The notes under the pieces: generated by a model
The model's database searches: none
What the model saw: the letters and a program-made list of their open reading frames with translations, nothing else
What the model was told of the DNA's origin: nothing
IMG/VR virus record: IMGVR_UViG_3300046170_000323
Origin: a virus
Lineage: Duplodnaviria; Caudoviricetes
Direction: 5' to 3' (one strand)
DNA: 64,000 bases
In this document: positions 23,501 to 32,559 of the stretch, in pieces
Position numbering within the stretch: position 1 is the stretch's first letter
Layout: each line of letters opens with the position of its first letter
Made by a program: the position numbers and the translations under genes

Positions 23501-25804
23501 GAAGGCAGTATTACCACCTGCGTTTAAATCAATCTGTATAGTAGTGTCTCTTGGTGCATAGAACTGTGTAGTTCCTTTTGCCCTCATAGAGATGTCACCA
23601 AACTGTGTACCTGAGTTGTTGAGTGTAACCTGTCCACCATTCAATGCGTAGAACGCACAACGTGTGAAGATTGACAATGAACCAATACCGTTAACACCAG
23701 CACCATCACGTGCAACGTAACCGATACCGTTCTGTGTACGAGGTGTAAAACCAAATGTCAATAGGTAAGTGTAGAGTGAGTCTGGATCAAGAACACGTCT
23801 GTCTGCAAGCACACAACCACCACCACGTCCCACAAGTGGGTTCGGGAAGTCGTCAATACCGATGACTGCAATGTTACCTGTACCACCTGATTCTGAGATG
23901 ATTGTATCACCTATGTTGATTTCACCTTTTAGGTTACGAACGTAGACACGGTCATCTGTTGCAACATCTGCATCCCAAGATACAAAACCAACTGCACCTG
24001 AACCAAATACAATCTCATCACCTTCAGAGAATGTGCCTGAGTGACCAACTTCCATATAGATTTCACGTCCAAGGTCTGCGAGAGTACCTTTAGAGTTAAA
24101 TGGTTGTAGTGGTGGTTCAACATCTGCACGAAGGAAGTTTGACAACTGAGAGGAGTCACGAATGTATGGAGATCTTCTTAGTTTAGCGCCAGGACGATAT
24201 GCAATCGCAAATCCACCTTCTGGGAAATCGAAGTTATCAACTTTCCAGTTTGTGTATGAGAAACCTTGTACGTAACAACCAGAACCTACGAGAACTGCGT
24301 TTTCGAATTCATAGCCAGGCAACGCTTCGATCACTGTTGCATACTGACCAGAAGTAGATGTCAACGAACAATCATCTGGAAGGGCGATACCACCTTTTGT
24401 GTAGTATGTGCCAGGCCCACATGAGATGTGAACCGCATTGTTTACATCGTTACGTGAATAAACTCCACCCGCTTTTTCTAATGCGAGTTCTGCAGCACGT
24501 TCTAGTGTACGAACTGGTTGAAGGACTGTGCCAGGATTTCTGTCATCACCAGAAGACGCTTCAACGTGTACCTTAAGTGCCTTTGCAGTAGTCTTAGAAA
24601 TCTCATCAAAGAACTGACGATATGTGATACGTTCTGTCTCACCAGTCTTAACATTCTTAAGAGCGAACCAAGAGTTTTCATCAATCTTTGGTTCGAACTG
24701 GTTGTCGAGTTCCATGTCGAAGTCGACAAGATCTGGACGGTTGATTGTCGCATCATTGATTGCAGCATCTTCAATCTTACCACCAGTCATAGTGGATTCG
24801 GAGATACCTGTGTTTGACATTGAAGAAGATTCGATGGTTGCATCAACCAACGAGATGTCTGACAACTCACCAGTGAAGGTAGAGTTGGCAATCACTGAGT
24901 CTTTGATAAGACTATCTTCAAGTGTCGTGTTTGTAAATACGTTATTGTTACCAGTACCGTCTGAGAAATCAGAGTCGATAATGGTCATGGTATTCGCAGT
25001 AGAGTTTGCAAGTGCACCATTGACAAAGGTAGAAGAGTCAATGTCAACGTTATTCGCAGTGGAGTCAGTAATTTCACCAGTAGTGAAAGTTGAGTTCGTC
25101 ATTGCAACGTTGTTTGCAGTACTATCGAATATACCACCGTCTGTGAATGTAGACGATGTGATTGCAATATTGTTGGCAACCGAATCTCTAATGATACCCT
25201 GATTAAACTCAGAATTGTCTAGGACAATGTTATTACCAGTGCTGTCTGCGAGAGTACCGTTCTCAAAAGAAGAGTCGGTAATCGAGATATTGTTTGCAGT
25301 AGAATCAAATATTGCACCATTAGAAAATGTTGATTCAGTGATTTCTACATTGTTCGCCGTCGAATCAGTAATAGTTGAATCATCAATCGTAGAGTTTACG
25401 AGAGTAACATTATTACCGAAGACGGTATCCATTGTACCGTTATCGAAACTAGAGAATGTGATTGTTAGGTTGTTGGCGTTTGAGTCACGTAGATCACCAT
25501 CATGGAACAGAGAGGCATCAATGTCAACACGATTTACATCTGTATCATTGATTGTACCACGATTATATTCGTTATCGTTCATGATGTTGTTATTCATCAC
25601 GTTTTCGAATATAGTTGTACCAGAGATCTTACCACCAGTAATGGTGATTCGGTCAAATATTTCGTACTGGATCGCCTGAACCAGCTCTTTTCTGGTTATA
25701 TTCTTTGTACCGTCATCACCTTGTACGAGGTTAACGATGACGAATAAGTCTTCCGTCCTCGTATTGGCGCCGGTAATCGAACCTAATTCAGAAATTTTTG
25801 ACAT
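14510..25804 (-). CDS. Giant 3764-aa virion fibre/adhesin-like protein: beta-solenoid N-terminus, pectin-lyase-like region, phycobiliprotein-like and Cys/His repeat modules
   Basis: Single uninterrupted ORF following a late promoter. The repeats are visible in the translation (see findings). Confidence 0.9.
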   Translation of the reverse strand: MSKISELGSITGANTRTEDLFVIVNLVQGDDGTKNITRKELVQAIQYEIFDRITITGGKISGTTIFENVMNNNIMNDNEYNRGTINDTDVNRVDIDASLFHDGDLRDSNANNLTITFSSFDNGTMDTVFGNNVTLVNSTIDDSTITDSTANNVEITESTFSNGAIFDSTANNISITDSSFENGTLADSTGNNIVLDNSEFNQGIIRDSVANNIAITSSTFTDGGIFDSTANNVAMTNSTFTTGEITDSTANNVDIDSSTFVNGALANSTANTMTIIDSDFSDGTGNNNVFTNTTLEDSLIKDSVIANSTFTGELSDISLVDATIESSSMSNTGISESTMTGGKIEDAAINDATINRPDLVDFDMELDNQFEPKIDENSWFALKNVKTGETERITYRQFFDEISKTTAKALKVHVEASSGDDRNPGTVLQPVRTLERAAELALEKAGGVYSRNDVNNAVHISCGPGTYYTKGGIALPDDCSLTSTSGQYATVIEALPGYEFENAVLVGSGCYVQGFSYTNWKVDNFDFPEGGFAIAYRPGAKLRRSPYIRDSSQLSNFLRADVEPPLQPFNSKGTLADLGREIYMEVGHSGTFSEGDEIVFGSGAVGFVSWDADVATDDRVYVRNLKGEINIGDTIISESGGTGNIAVIGIDDFPNPLVGRGGGCVLADRRVLDPDSLYTYLLTFGFTPRTQNGIGYVARDGAGVNGIGSLSIFTRCAFYALNGGQVTLNNSGTQFGDISMRAKGTTQFYAPRDTTIQIDLNAGGNTAFGDSILQNANNIIDDMVDYLTSNTSSGGLGYQGYDAEKCYRDTGIILDKLSQDIQTGSNYWGRLSGITYRSPISYVVPGEQLEETAGANRYLQGRLGTIFANANTEILERANTSYDELLNILENGEEYASPIVFTEVGNNETATAYTNARKQIQDNRKFIENELIDWIEDNDEFFAYNSIACRRDTQDYILPAVAQDLMLDTNYNSVTAGNAYYMNAAAKVINNQRDETVAAYKRLKEQTNEIIDANSFIGAIRSDSAFDNIIDALEEKRKTYTPTFVEYDPISGIMEVEIGQHRLHVDQKIILEKESITFECGLSGKDGEITHPRATDPAFMKPISILEVTETTIVLQVGNAGGYTNIHYFKSADADCIRLAENCYTPVGSTYDPATGVTVVTFDDIHRIEAGDLIEIAPGGLTYQCANTTTLQLVSISHPRPADKWFKNALQVTSITPYTITFNSGDAGGYTGAHSFTGALENAVQVIGKGILFSDDVGIDANKKNARKQLQANKKYIQDYMMGWIDNNFFIYDSAKCERDVQQYILPAVQQDMMLGTNWNSVQTGVGYYAGTASEVVGDQLPETVGAVSELKGLVADMTQAKYTPTDATYDPLSGITTLTLGTHDIEVGDSIKLAPEAITFSCANTSTAVIGTDSHPNPTDPNYNKPFVVTAADATSITFQSGDANGYTGVHTFVSAQVDSVHHLVHDNFAIGTAGNAFDEIIHIMKGSGRSYTPTNATYDPLTGEMVVTIGTHSLTTDDQVMFAPESISFYCDANNVVISHPRRSDTDNYKKPLDITAVGLTTITVNAGDAGGYTGVHTFYKADPNSVSVYNETRKKTYTPTTATYDTATGDMVVTVGVHNLQVGQYIALEQESIVFTCALDGNQTEHAYPRLSDPWNKKPIKIKAATETTFTINVGGYANGTAHTFVRATEGAVRDDVVTFSDPAMIEEFKTPTGVAYTVGTGVFTLTISNHGLSAGDRVELMPGSFTFTCGSDNNLSEISHPRPSDPPYRKPLTITATPDINTIQVNVGVGTGGAHTFVRVADNAVAVLRANVDEVNAFETLQANRDFLANEVVGYLANTYFTYDSAKCERDTGFLIDAVKRDVLTGSNYNAVYMGKGYRIGTQGADTVVNDQLTETVGAFTWLKQQVSAKISGTAQTRSEAAFDEVIDIVTNGTSAADVINFGDSYVSNDALNTRGIIQSNKAFLQAEITAWLAVEYPSFTYDVAKCERDVGVLVDAASYDIQHGSNVASINVARLYFENAVSVLPVEQRHITAEAFQHIANVAKKLARNETVTPTTGNAVTPTSWTNVEYTPTDVTYNPISGIMVIDLGEAHNFVQDDYMIFDPESITLSCGSPVQEIIHPRPTDPVYEKPVRVLATTANTITLDVGDAGGYEEEHGFVSATTGAIKKYFSDFMGQRVEDLVNIVSDSIEEDTLLRLPAEIEPNDIGTAFYQTAAKGTIVGGGSTALEAVVKGGSGGIDGAQGGLISYNVGGPQQAYRTSKFSPFEFGPGNTGYAEEFQTATKLINGLTEKLQTEVTEYINATYNGVGFQQSKCTRDTGYLVDAVSEDVLYGGNAATVKAAEAYFINSINLLPEYQYDATQAAFTHLADRAEKVVLETVIEPHFEGAYTPTDVAYDPVEGSMVLTLGSHDILEGDFIWFETEGITFECVNTATASTVQISHPRAVAGDGYPDPAYLTPWPVKSVDATTVTLTGFNAGGYAGAHTFVSATADAIKHVQYQTVAQNFSGTATSTQVAQRVQDLMLVIANIVDDRTNENIPAVADAPTYTPLRTFARDQIQSNRKFLIEETVAFLNDSYYTYDGDKCFRDTGFLIDAVKWTSPNTPFTGQEYPLVQAATSYLTGTAGATRTRETQISELVGGLRFVKDKLRGIIRKEEKVLSKYDDTYLLEEQLDQGFESIIDMMTNPNANTTPIWSADGYSNGIRARENLQANKAFLQAETTAYIAIVHPSLTYDVAKCERDISHILDAVSWDMQYGAEENGTNVMTVNNARLYFENAVSVLPADQRGPTADVFQHIATMADNIVRLIGVSKTAGNALDPVTSGLTATSTAHGTKVEELIEIIANAVLADDGIDGLPAMVDNSVFLKSTYPSGGVMYDIIEREKGTMQSAINTYIADNYNGLAYSESKCRRDLGYIIDGISHDLQYDGNWATHKNAEIYFENAINTLPKDQRDPTRRAFMHLGKTMETVLQRLPVEPTISNRFGARFTPTTATYDPLTGIFTAEVGPHALKVGDAIWMADESIVMSCDMGSGAVNHSSPAAHHPYFRKPCPITGVTRTSITMNVGTGGTGNYPHTFVSAEVDALVQVIGNHIPQDFRHLPAVYPERTDLKGEAMKLANMIADAALAEDPSGIPARVSPDTSWVPSNIIASKNLISDISDELATKVVDYVSREWDGLSFPRGKCRRDMGFLVDAASHDVQYETNYASRISAQIYFENGVSVLPEDTRRQTADVYRTMKLLMSNIVQEIDTTNTSITTTAQDISGDPATPTEGTEVVNLIGIVEDVIREDSVAAIPALQEANTAWVSSDLVGANKLIEDNKVELADKLIEFINTEFNVLDYNKSKCRRDVGYLLDAFSYDLNYGGNSASRWNADFYFWNSVYRIPEDQREATAKSYRELGRICKKIVTGDYKGQSLKYDTATEVEANKVEGLANMFYLTQINKDTKELQTLIEPNYDWVEKPFRDAKEVILKKRGPLQYDVVRFVNATYNFVDINLTRRDAGNLLQTIVNDIKFTNPNTGQQGSTKATRTFSQSFFDQKGQQVFPVFNATTPGLRFMGTVADISARNALQSDPNLTLKPNMAWIVSDDANINFYQGTIYYWNGGAWVDDGQNNTDLLYAFYKTWDRMRDFIIANYSPDGAHSAFITALFDDCLKGNVLRPDVLTFGSLVESIAHQFNGGAAGVNRTALPLNFRNLGPATSAISSVLSEDGGRVRWSGADELNNQYFARGLRINGRTGRIEGRPFTSSVRKLARRASNSRAAVV
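15300..23500 (-). repeat. 11 Cys-bearing helical repeats with (K/A)CxRD plus one degenerate copy
   Basis: Cys codons at ~23388, 22959, 21915, 20250, 19833, 18849, 18039, 17580, 17070, 16248, 15765; the Cys-less copy INLTRRDAGNLL is at ~15310. Confidence 0.9.
16560..22700 (-). repeat. 9 beta-rich ~95-aa repeats YTPTxxTYDPxxG...H...C...HP...HTFVxA
   Basis: Nine copies counted in the translation. Confidence 0.9.
24850..25560 (-). repeat. 15-aa periodic DSTANNxxIxxSxFxxG repeats (beta-solenoid-like)
   Basis: Visible near the N-terminus of the giant protein. Confidence 0.8.
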
Positions 25805-25835
25805 TATAGTCTACCTTTAGAATTTGTTTTCTTTT

Positions 25836-25843
25836 TATTTATT
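25836..25843 (-). promoter_or_regulatory. Late promoter variant AATAAATA
   Basis: Intergenic, ~30 nt upstream of the 25804 start. Confidence 0.7.
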
Positions 25844-25856
25844 AAAGACCATCATA

Positions 25857-26777
25857 TCAATCTTTGGATTTTTCTTCCAGAGCTTCCACCTTATCATTTA
25901 ATTCTTTAATTGCTTGAATAAGCAATGGAATAATGTTATCATAACGAACCGCCAAATGACCTTGTTCATCCATTGGGAAGGTGACGTTGGGTAGAACCTT
26001 CTCTACCTCTTGGGCAATGACCCCTGCAACTCTTTCCTCTGGTTTGTTGATGTAGTTAAAAGTATAACCATTAATCTGTTCTACTTTATCTATTGCACCA
26101 TCGATTACTTCAATGTTATCCTTGAGTCGAATGTCTGAAGCATTGTATGCGGTAACAACATCACCAGTGAAGTAACCATCACCGAGCACCGTTAAATTAC
26201 CGTCTATTTCTGTATCCCCATCGAACACAAGAGCTCCGCCTGGCCCACTGAATGTTCCTGAGTATGATATGTTGTTTGCGTATAAATCGTCTGTGGTTAC
26301 ATCATTTTGGAATATTGCATTGTTACCTGCGTAGTCTGGTGCAGTAACAGTACCTGATGGAGAGATCTTAAACTTTCTGTCACCAGTACCAGTATCTATA
26401 ATGAAATGCGCTTGGGATGAATCTTCCATCCCGATATCCCAAGAAATATTTCCATCAGTATATCTTGTTCTACCACCGCCTGCACCGAAAGTGAAGGTTG
26501 AACAAATTGCATCTGCTAGTGCGTTGTGAATAGAAGGAGAACCAAGAGTAATACTTCCACCGTTTGTATCTGACTCAATATAATCAGTTGCGACATTTGC
26601 AGTTACTAACCCTGCAGTGAAGTTACCTAAGAGAGTTGCATTACCAGTCGTTGTGTCACCACTCGCCGAGGCAGTCATCGCTTCAGAACGAATGATACCA
26701 GTTAATTCATTTGTCTTATCAAACCAGTTCTGGAAGGTTTGGGTTACCGTAATATCGGCTATCGATGGTTTTGCCAT
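25857..26777 (-). CDS. Tail-fibre protein with C-terminal peptidase S74 intramolecular chaperone
   Basis: SDIRLKDNI...INGYTFNY...GVIAQEVEKVLP...VRYDNIIPLLIQAIKEL signature followed by a coiled coil. Confidence 0.9.
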   Translation of the reverse strand: MAKPSIADITVTQTFQNWFDKTNELTGIIRSEAMTASASGDTTTGNATLLGNFTAGLVTANVATDYIESDTNGGSITLGSPSIHNALADAICSTFTFGAGGGRTRYTDGNISWDIGMEDSSQAHFIIDTGTGDRKFKISPSGTVTAPDYAGNNAIFQNDVTTDDLYANNISYSGTFSGPGGALVFDGDTEIDGNLTVLGDGYFTGDVVTAYNASDIRLKDNIEVIDGAIDKVEQINGYTFNYINKPEERVAGVIAQEVEKVLPNVTFPMDEQGHLAVRYDNIIPLLIQAIKELNDKVEALEEKSKD

Positions 26778-26971
26778 TACTTATTTTCCAATTTTTCTAT
26801 TTTTTCGCACATACGTACAAGAGTTTCTTGTATTTCTAATACATCTGTCTGAAGTTTATCAATCTTGCGATAATAAAGTCTTTCCATTTTATATTTATGC
26901 AGGGCCTGCGCATCCGTATTCAAAATCGCATTCGAGTGTTTGTCCCTTCTGATAGATGCTGGAGAACTCAT
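26777..26971 (-). CDS. Small coiled-coil hypothetical protein (64 aa)
   Basis: Overlaps both neighbours in operon fashion. Confidence 0.65.
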   Translation of the reverse strand: MSSPASIRRDKHSNAILNTDAQALHKYKMERLYYRKIDKLQTDVLEIQETLVRMCEKIEKLENK

Positions 26972-29900
26972 GTCAAAGCAATGCCTCTATAATCTTTTAT
27001 GATAGGTGCAGTGTGAATGTTTGGCGACAATAATTCAATTCTAACCGCAAACTTTCTATAAGTTTTAAAAGTACCTGCACGACTAATGTATTGATAAACA
27101 CCAGCGTTAAGGGAACTGGTAGGTAGTCTATATCTAAATTCACGATAATCTTCCATGTTTGTTTGTGAAGAGAAGTTCTCAATACCTTCAAACATTTCCA
27201 ATTCAACCCAATCCACTTCATCAAATGCAATACTATCAAAAGTATTCTGCGCTCTGATGTAACATTTAATATCACTACCAGATGGTCTGTACGCAGATAA
27301 AATCAAATTAAAGTCTTCTGCATCGAAGTCCTCTGCGAGTTCTACAACCTTAGAAACAAAACTTGCAGTTGCATCTGGAGTATTTGTTATATCGTATTTA
27401 TAGGCAAGTAACTTACATGTTTCCATATCAATAAATGGAGACGAGGTTGAGTTACCACCATTTTCCATACCAACTTTGATTTCGAATTTCAAATTACCCG
27501 ACAAGTTGTTTGTTCTACTGTAAATCAACGCACCCTTTGCATTAAAGTGGTTGTTGTCATTGAACTTCATTGGCATGTCATATGTTGTACCAACTGCAGC
27601 AGGTGGAATAAATGTACCTGACAATTGAGTTTTTGTCACTGAGTCGTTGACACGTTGAATAAATGGTTGTACATAACTTAGTGTGATGTTATCAATTGAA
27701 GAGATCTCTGCAGTTGCAGCACTATCTTCACCAACGATATCACTTCCCACTGCGAAAACCTTTCCAGATCTTGCAGTAGACTTTTCAAGATACATGGTTG
27801 TTGGATCGATTACGTCATAGAGACACAAGTCACCCACAACAATAGGAGTACCTACAGCGTTAGAGAACGTTTGATTTGAGTTCTTGTTTGCAGTAATTGA
27901 ATCTGCACTAACGGCGGTTACTTTAAAGATATCATAGTTGGAAGTGTTTGCAGCCTCCGCAATCTTCATAAAGTCACCAATCGCATATACAGTATCAAAA
28001 TTCGCACCACTTGTTCTGGTGATTGTATTGTTTGCATTTGCCATACCGACAACTTGATCAGTCCCTGCAGTCTGCCAAACTTTCTCACCTTTTCTAAATT
28101 GACCAGTGATATCAGTTACTGTAAAGAATTCATGATTATTGTTTGTCAGAGTAATAGAACCCTGAGATGCATTATAATCATGACGGTAAAGATTAAACTT
28201 AACGTCTTCGTCTTGGTATGATTTCCATGCAGAGTTGTTTGTAGATGTGAATAGAACTCCATCACCCCAGTCTTGAACGATTGGTTTACCTTGCGTATCG
28301 CCAGGCGTCAAATCATTCTGACCAACTTTCGATGTGAATACCAAATAGCCAGGATCGTTCGCATCTGGTTGAATTACAAATGCGTACTCTTTTTCTACTT
28401 CAAGGATAACTGGTGCTTCAAACTCAATAGTCGTTGCAATACTTGCATCATCTGAGATGTTGACTTCTGAAGGTTGCAAGTGTACTTTCGAGAATGGAAT
28501 AGTTTCACTTGATGGATAACCATTAACCACTTCACGCAACATAACAGTAACACCGTTAATACCACCACCACCTGAAAGTTGTGATGACGACTTACGTTTG
28601 AAATACAGATCCAACTTAGATGCCGCAACTGTGTTACTACCACGTCCCATACCTTTCTTGAGGAAGAAAGTCTGTGCGAGAGGATCACCATTGTTATCGC
28701 CAGGATCTGGTGGGGGTGGTGGACGGAATGTCACACTACGGTTTGATGTAGTTTGTGTCATAGACGAAAGTGGCATACGAGTAGACATACTTGCCTTCTC
28801 GACACTAAAGTTATATGCACGATATGCAATCTTCGCACGTGATGTTGCAGCGGAATCGATTTGACTATACAAATCTGTATCGACAATCTCCAACATGCGT
28901 TCACCTACAAAGAATGTATCTGCAGGTAGTCTGAATACTGCACGTAGAGTACCGTTTTCATCTGTGGCGATAGGTTGTCCATTAAATGGGCCATTGCGTT
29001 CTACATTCTTCGCTTTGTTGACCAGTGTACCCTTACAGACGTTAGACTGAATAGATGCTCTGTCAAAGAAGAAGTAGTGATTTGTATTTGGTCTTAGTCC
29101 AGTTACGTAAATACCAATATCACGTGGAGACATGTACGGTTGGAACTGGAAGTTAGTAACAAAGTCACCAACTTGATTTGTAGAGTTACCCCTATCAATA
29201 TTCACGGTTCCGAACGTATCTGTAAACGTTACTGTACCACCGTTTGATCGTGCACGTCTTAACTGCGCTTGGATATCTGCAGTAAATTGATTTGTGTTGA
29301 TCTGAGCATCTGTTAAAGGAATAAACTTTTGAATTGCTTCCGCAAAGTCCACGAAGGGTTGTTCGAAATCAATCTCTACTGGATTTGTAGTTGTGTCATA
29401 AGTCGCATCATATGGTGGAGAGATGTCTGGAGTACCTCTATAAGAATAGAAGTTACTTACAGCATTCCTGTATCCTGTTGCATACTTTTGACTAATTAAT
29501 GAAACATGTGCATTTCTTGACAAAGTTCCAACTTCTGGTATGACACCCACTGCAGGGGCAGGGAATGCAGTCGCACCAGTAGATGTACGATAGATGAGGT
29601 CAAGATCAAATGTTGAAACAGAAGGCGTCATCACTTTTTTATTAAAGTGTACCGCTGCGTTAAACTTTGGATCTCTCGTGTTTGCAAGAGACATGTCATT
29701 GAATGGATCTACTATAAACCCATTCTTGAATCTTGTCAAGCCATTTTCGTCAAGAACAGTTAAATTATTTACTTCTTGTTCCAACTGATTCAATGAAGTG
29801 TAATATACAAGTCTATCGATTTTATTTTCGATGGATTGAATATCTTTCATTGTATAACGTTTAGTGCCTTTTGGTTTTGCACGAACTGCATACTCACGTT

Positions 29901-32548
29901 TACCTTGCGCAGATGCCTCTTTAGGAGAGAGGATAGGAGCGCCTGGGACAAAGATCTCTGAAATGATAAGTTGATCTGTTCCCAACATTGGTGGACGTGG
30001 ATCACGTTCTTCCTGACCCTTAATATAGTTGAATTTACCATACGAGTCAATAGAAACAACGTCATAACGTGGAAGATAGTATTCGATATCTGCAGACGCA
30101 AATTGATCTGTAGATGGTAACGTATATGTACCAGAGAATGAAGGTGCAGCTGCATCGATATTATTCTGAATCGATATTGTCATAACTGGAGCAGTTGCTT
30201 TGTTCGTAGATGTGTAACTCATCGTTGACTCTTTAACGACCTGTGGTCTAAAGTCGAAACAGTCACGTAGATTGAACTTTCTACCTGATTCAGAAACATA
30301 TACTGGAATGTCTTTTTCGTCAACACCGACATAAGAGTTAACAGTGTAAAAACTTTCTGATCCAACAGGCACATTAGTTTCAAATACTTTGATTTGAATT
30401 CTAAGTTGTTCGTTGCCTGGCCTTGGTCTTCCTTGAATATACTCAATAGAAGACAGATCATAGAACTGATCTTTCTGGTTTTTATTCAGACGGAAACTAT
30501 TTTTATAGTCTTTACCGTTTGCATCTTCTAGGGCGAGAATCTCAAATACATCTGGGAAACCCAAAGAGAACCTGTCACGAGTTCCCACGTGATCAAGTCT
30601 CAACCAAACTTCTCTTGCAGCTTTCTCACGAACCACTGAGTCGATGTGTCGGTAGTCATAGTAACAGATTACACTCTGACCATTTGCAATTGCGCCTGGC
30701 TGAAGTGCAACAGTCAATTGACCATTGTTTAACTGAGTCGATGTACCTGTCACTGTTACCTTTGCACCAGTGGAAGCAATAACTAGAATGTTATGTTGTG
30801 TAACACCAAAGTCTGTGCCGGGCGCAGCAGTGATCTGGAACTCATCGTTGTTTACTGTACGAGTAGATTGTCCACGAATAGGAACATTTAAATCTGTTTC
30901 CAAAACTTCTTTGAGGTAATCCATCCCTGTGTCAAAGATGAAGGATCTCTTGTCTGTTCCTTTTAGAACGTTTCCTACTGAGATTTCACCAGTCGTTGCA
31001 CCATCAATCTTTGCAACATCAGAGAAGTCTTTACCTGCGTTAAGATCAACGCCCCAAATGTATGCACGAGTTTCTGTCAAGTTAGAGACAAAACATTCAC
31101 CAATCTTTACATTTCCCCCATCAAGGAGATCCTGAGTGGAAGAAAGATCAATATTAATATGTCCTGTGAATCCTGTTACATCAACATAGTTACCGTAGTT
31201 GAAACTGACTGGGTTTGATGTCTGAATTTCTGTGTTGGTTGTTGGTTCGACCTCAAAAGATTGTGTACCAATACTCTCTGCACGATATCCCTTTACGTAT
31301 GCAACGCCTGGATCTACGAGTATTTCAAGAGCAATCTTGTGCCAGTATGCACCATCGTAATACCAGATATCACTAGTCGCAGTGTCTGTAATCGCCAGAC
31401 CTGCTGCTGGCCACAGGGTATGCAGCATTTAGTGTTGCTTGAGGATCTCCAATTACATTTACATCTGCAATTGAACCAATTGAAGTGTATACTGGATAGT
31501 TTCTTTCTACAGAGACAGGGAAATCACGAAGGATATAGTTACCTGACTCTTCGTATGTGCGTCTTGCAGTAACGTCACCAAGGACATTATAGGCAGAAAC
31601 GTCACGTTGTCTAACCGCATTTCCGTTTTGATAACGAATTAATGCGAAGAACGTGGAATCATCTTCTGCTTCTGAAGGTGTTAGTTTAGTTAAAACTGGT
31701 ACGAGTCTTAGACGATCTGCGCCTGGCGCATTCTCGTTTGTTGATCCGTTAGCGTTGTCATACAAACTTGTGTCTTGCAAGTATGAAACATTGTCTTCTT
31801 GAATGCGATAACCAACTGAAAGATCTGATGGTTCTGCAGAATACTTTTCTACAACAAGGATTTGTTCATCTGCGTAAATGAAGTGTCCCTTCTGGAACAC
31901 AATGCCTGGCGCAGAACTGATACCAAACGATTTACCTGTAGGGATGAGAGATTCTGCGACAACGTTAATCTCATCAATACCTTCTTCCACTGATGTGAGT
32001 GGTTCAACTGTACCTGCCTTATACTGATACTTGTCAACACGGATTGTTTCACCTGCTTCGAATTCTTTTGCAGATACAGCTGTGTTCAAGTAACGAATAA
32101 AGAAAGTGTTCAAATTAGGTGGACGAGTAACAAACCCACGTGATGCCGAGATCACCTGTGCGCTAACACCAGATGACTGACCCACAAGGACATACACCAC
32201 GTCCACTTCTGTTTCAATCCCCCCTGTAGTCTCAGTCGTAGTGATACGAGTACTGACATATGCCTCTGGATCGAAATATGTTGTTCCGTCTGATTGTGCC
32301 TCACGGTTTTCAACCTTCACGAACCTTAAATCATTAAGGTCTGTAAAAGTACAACCTTTAATAATACTACCTTCTTTAAATAGGTTGTCACCAAACTGTT
32401 CGACTTGGTTCTGCAACATGGTTTGCAACTGAGTGAGTTCTCTTGCCTGAACTGCATAGCCAGGTTTGAACAACACCCGATAGTACTGGTTCTCCAGTTG
32501 ATAATCGTCGAAGTATGGGGCAACATTTAAGTCTGTATTAATGGGCAT
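26968..32548 (-). CDS. Large virion structural protein (DUF4815-like), ~1859 aa; +1 frameshift at ~31410
   Basis: N-terminus MPINTDLNVAPYFDDY...YYRVLFKPGYAVQARELTQLQTMLQNQ typical of T4-like marine phages. ORFs 31373-32548 and 26968-31428 join at GTGGCCAGC; span 3n+1. Confidence 0.85.
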
Positions 32549-32559
32549 CTATCTTTTCC

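Noticed and set aside
14510-25804. Diversity-generating retroelement or invertible segment behind the fibre repeats
   Set aside because: Repeats are diverged at synonymous and non-synonymous sites; no near-identical template/variable pair, reverse transcriptase or invertase was seen.
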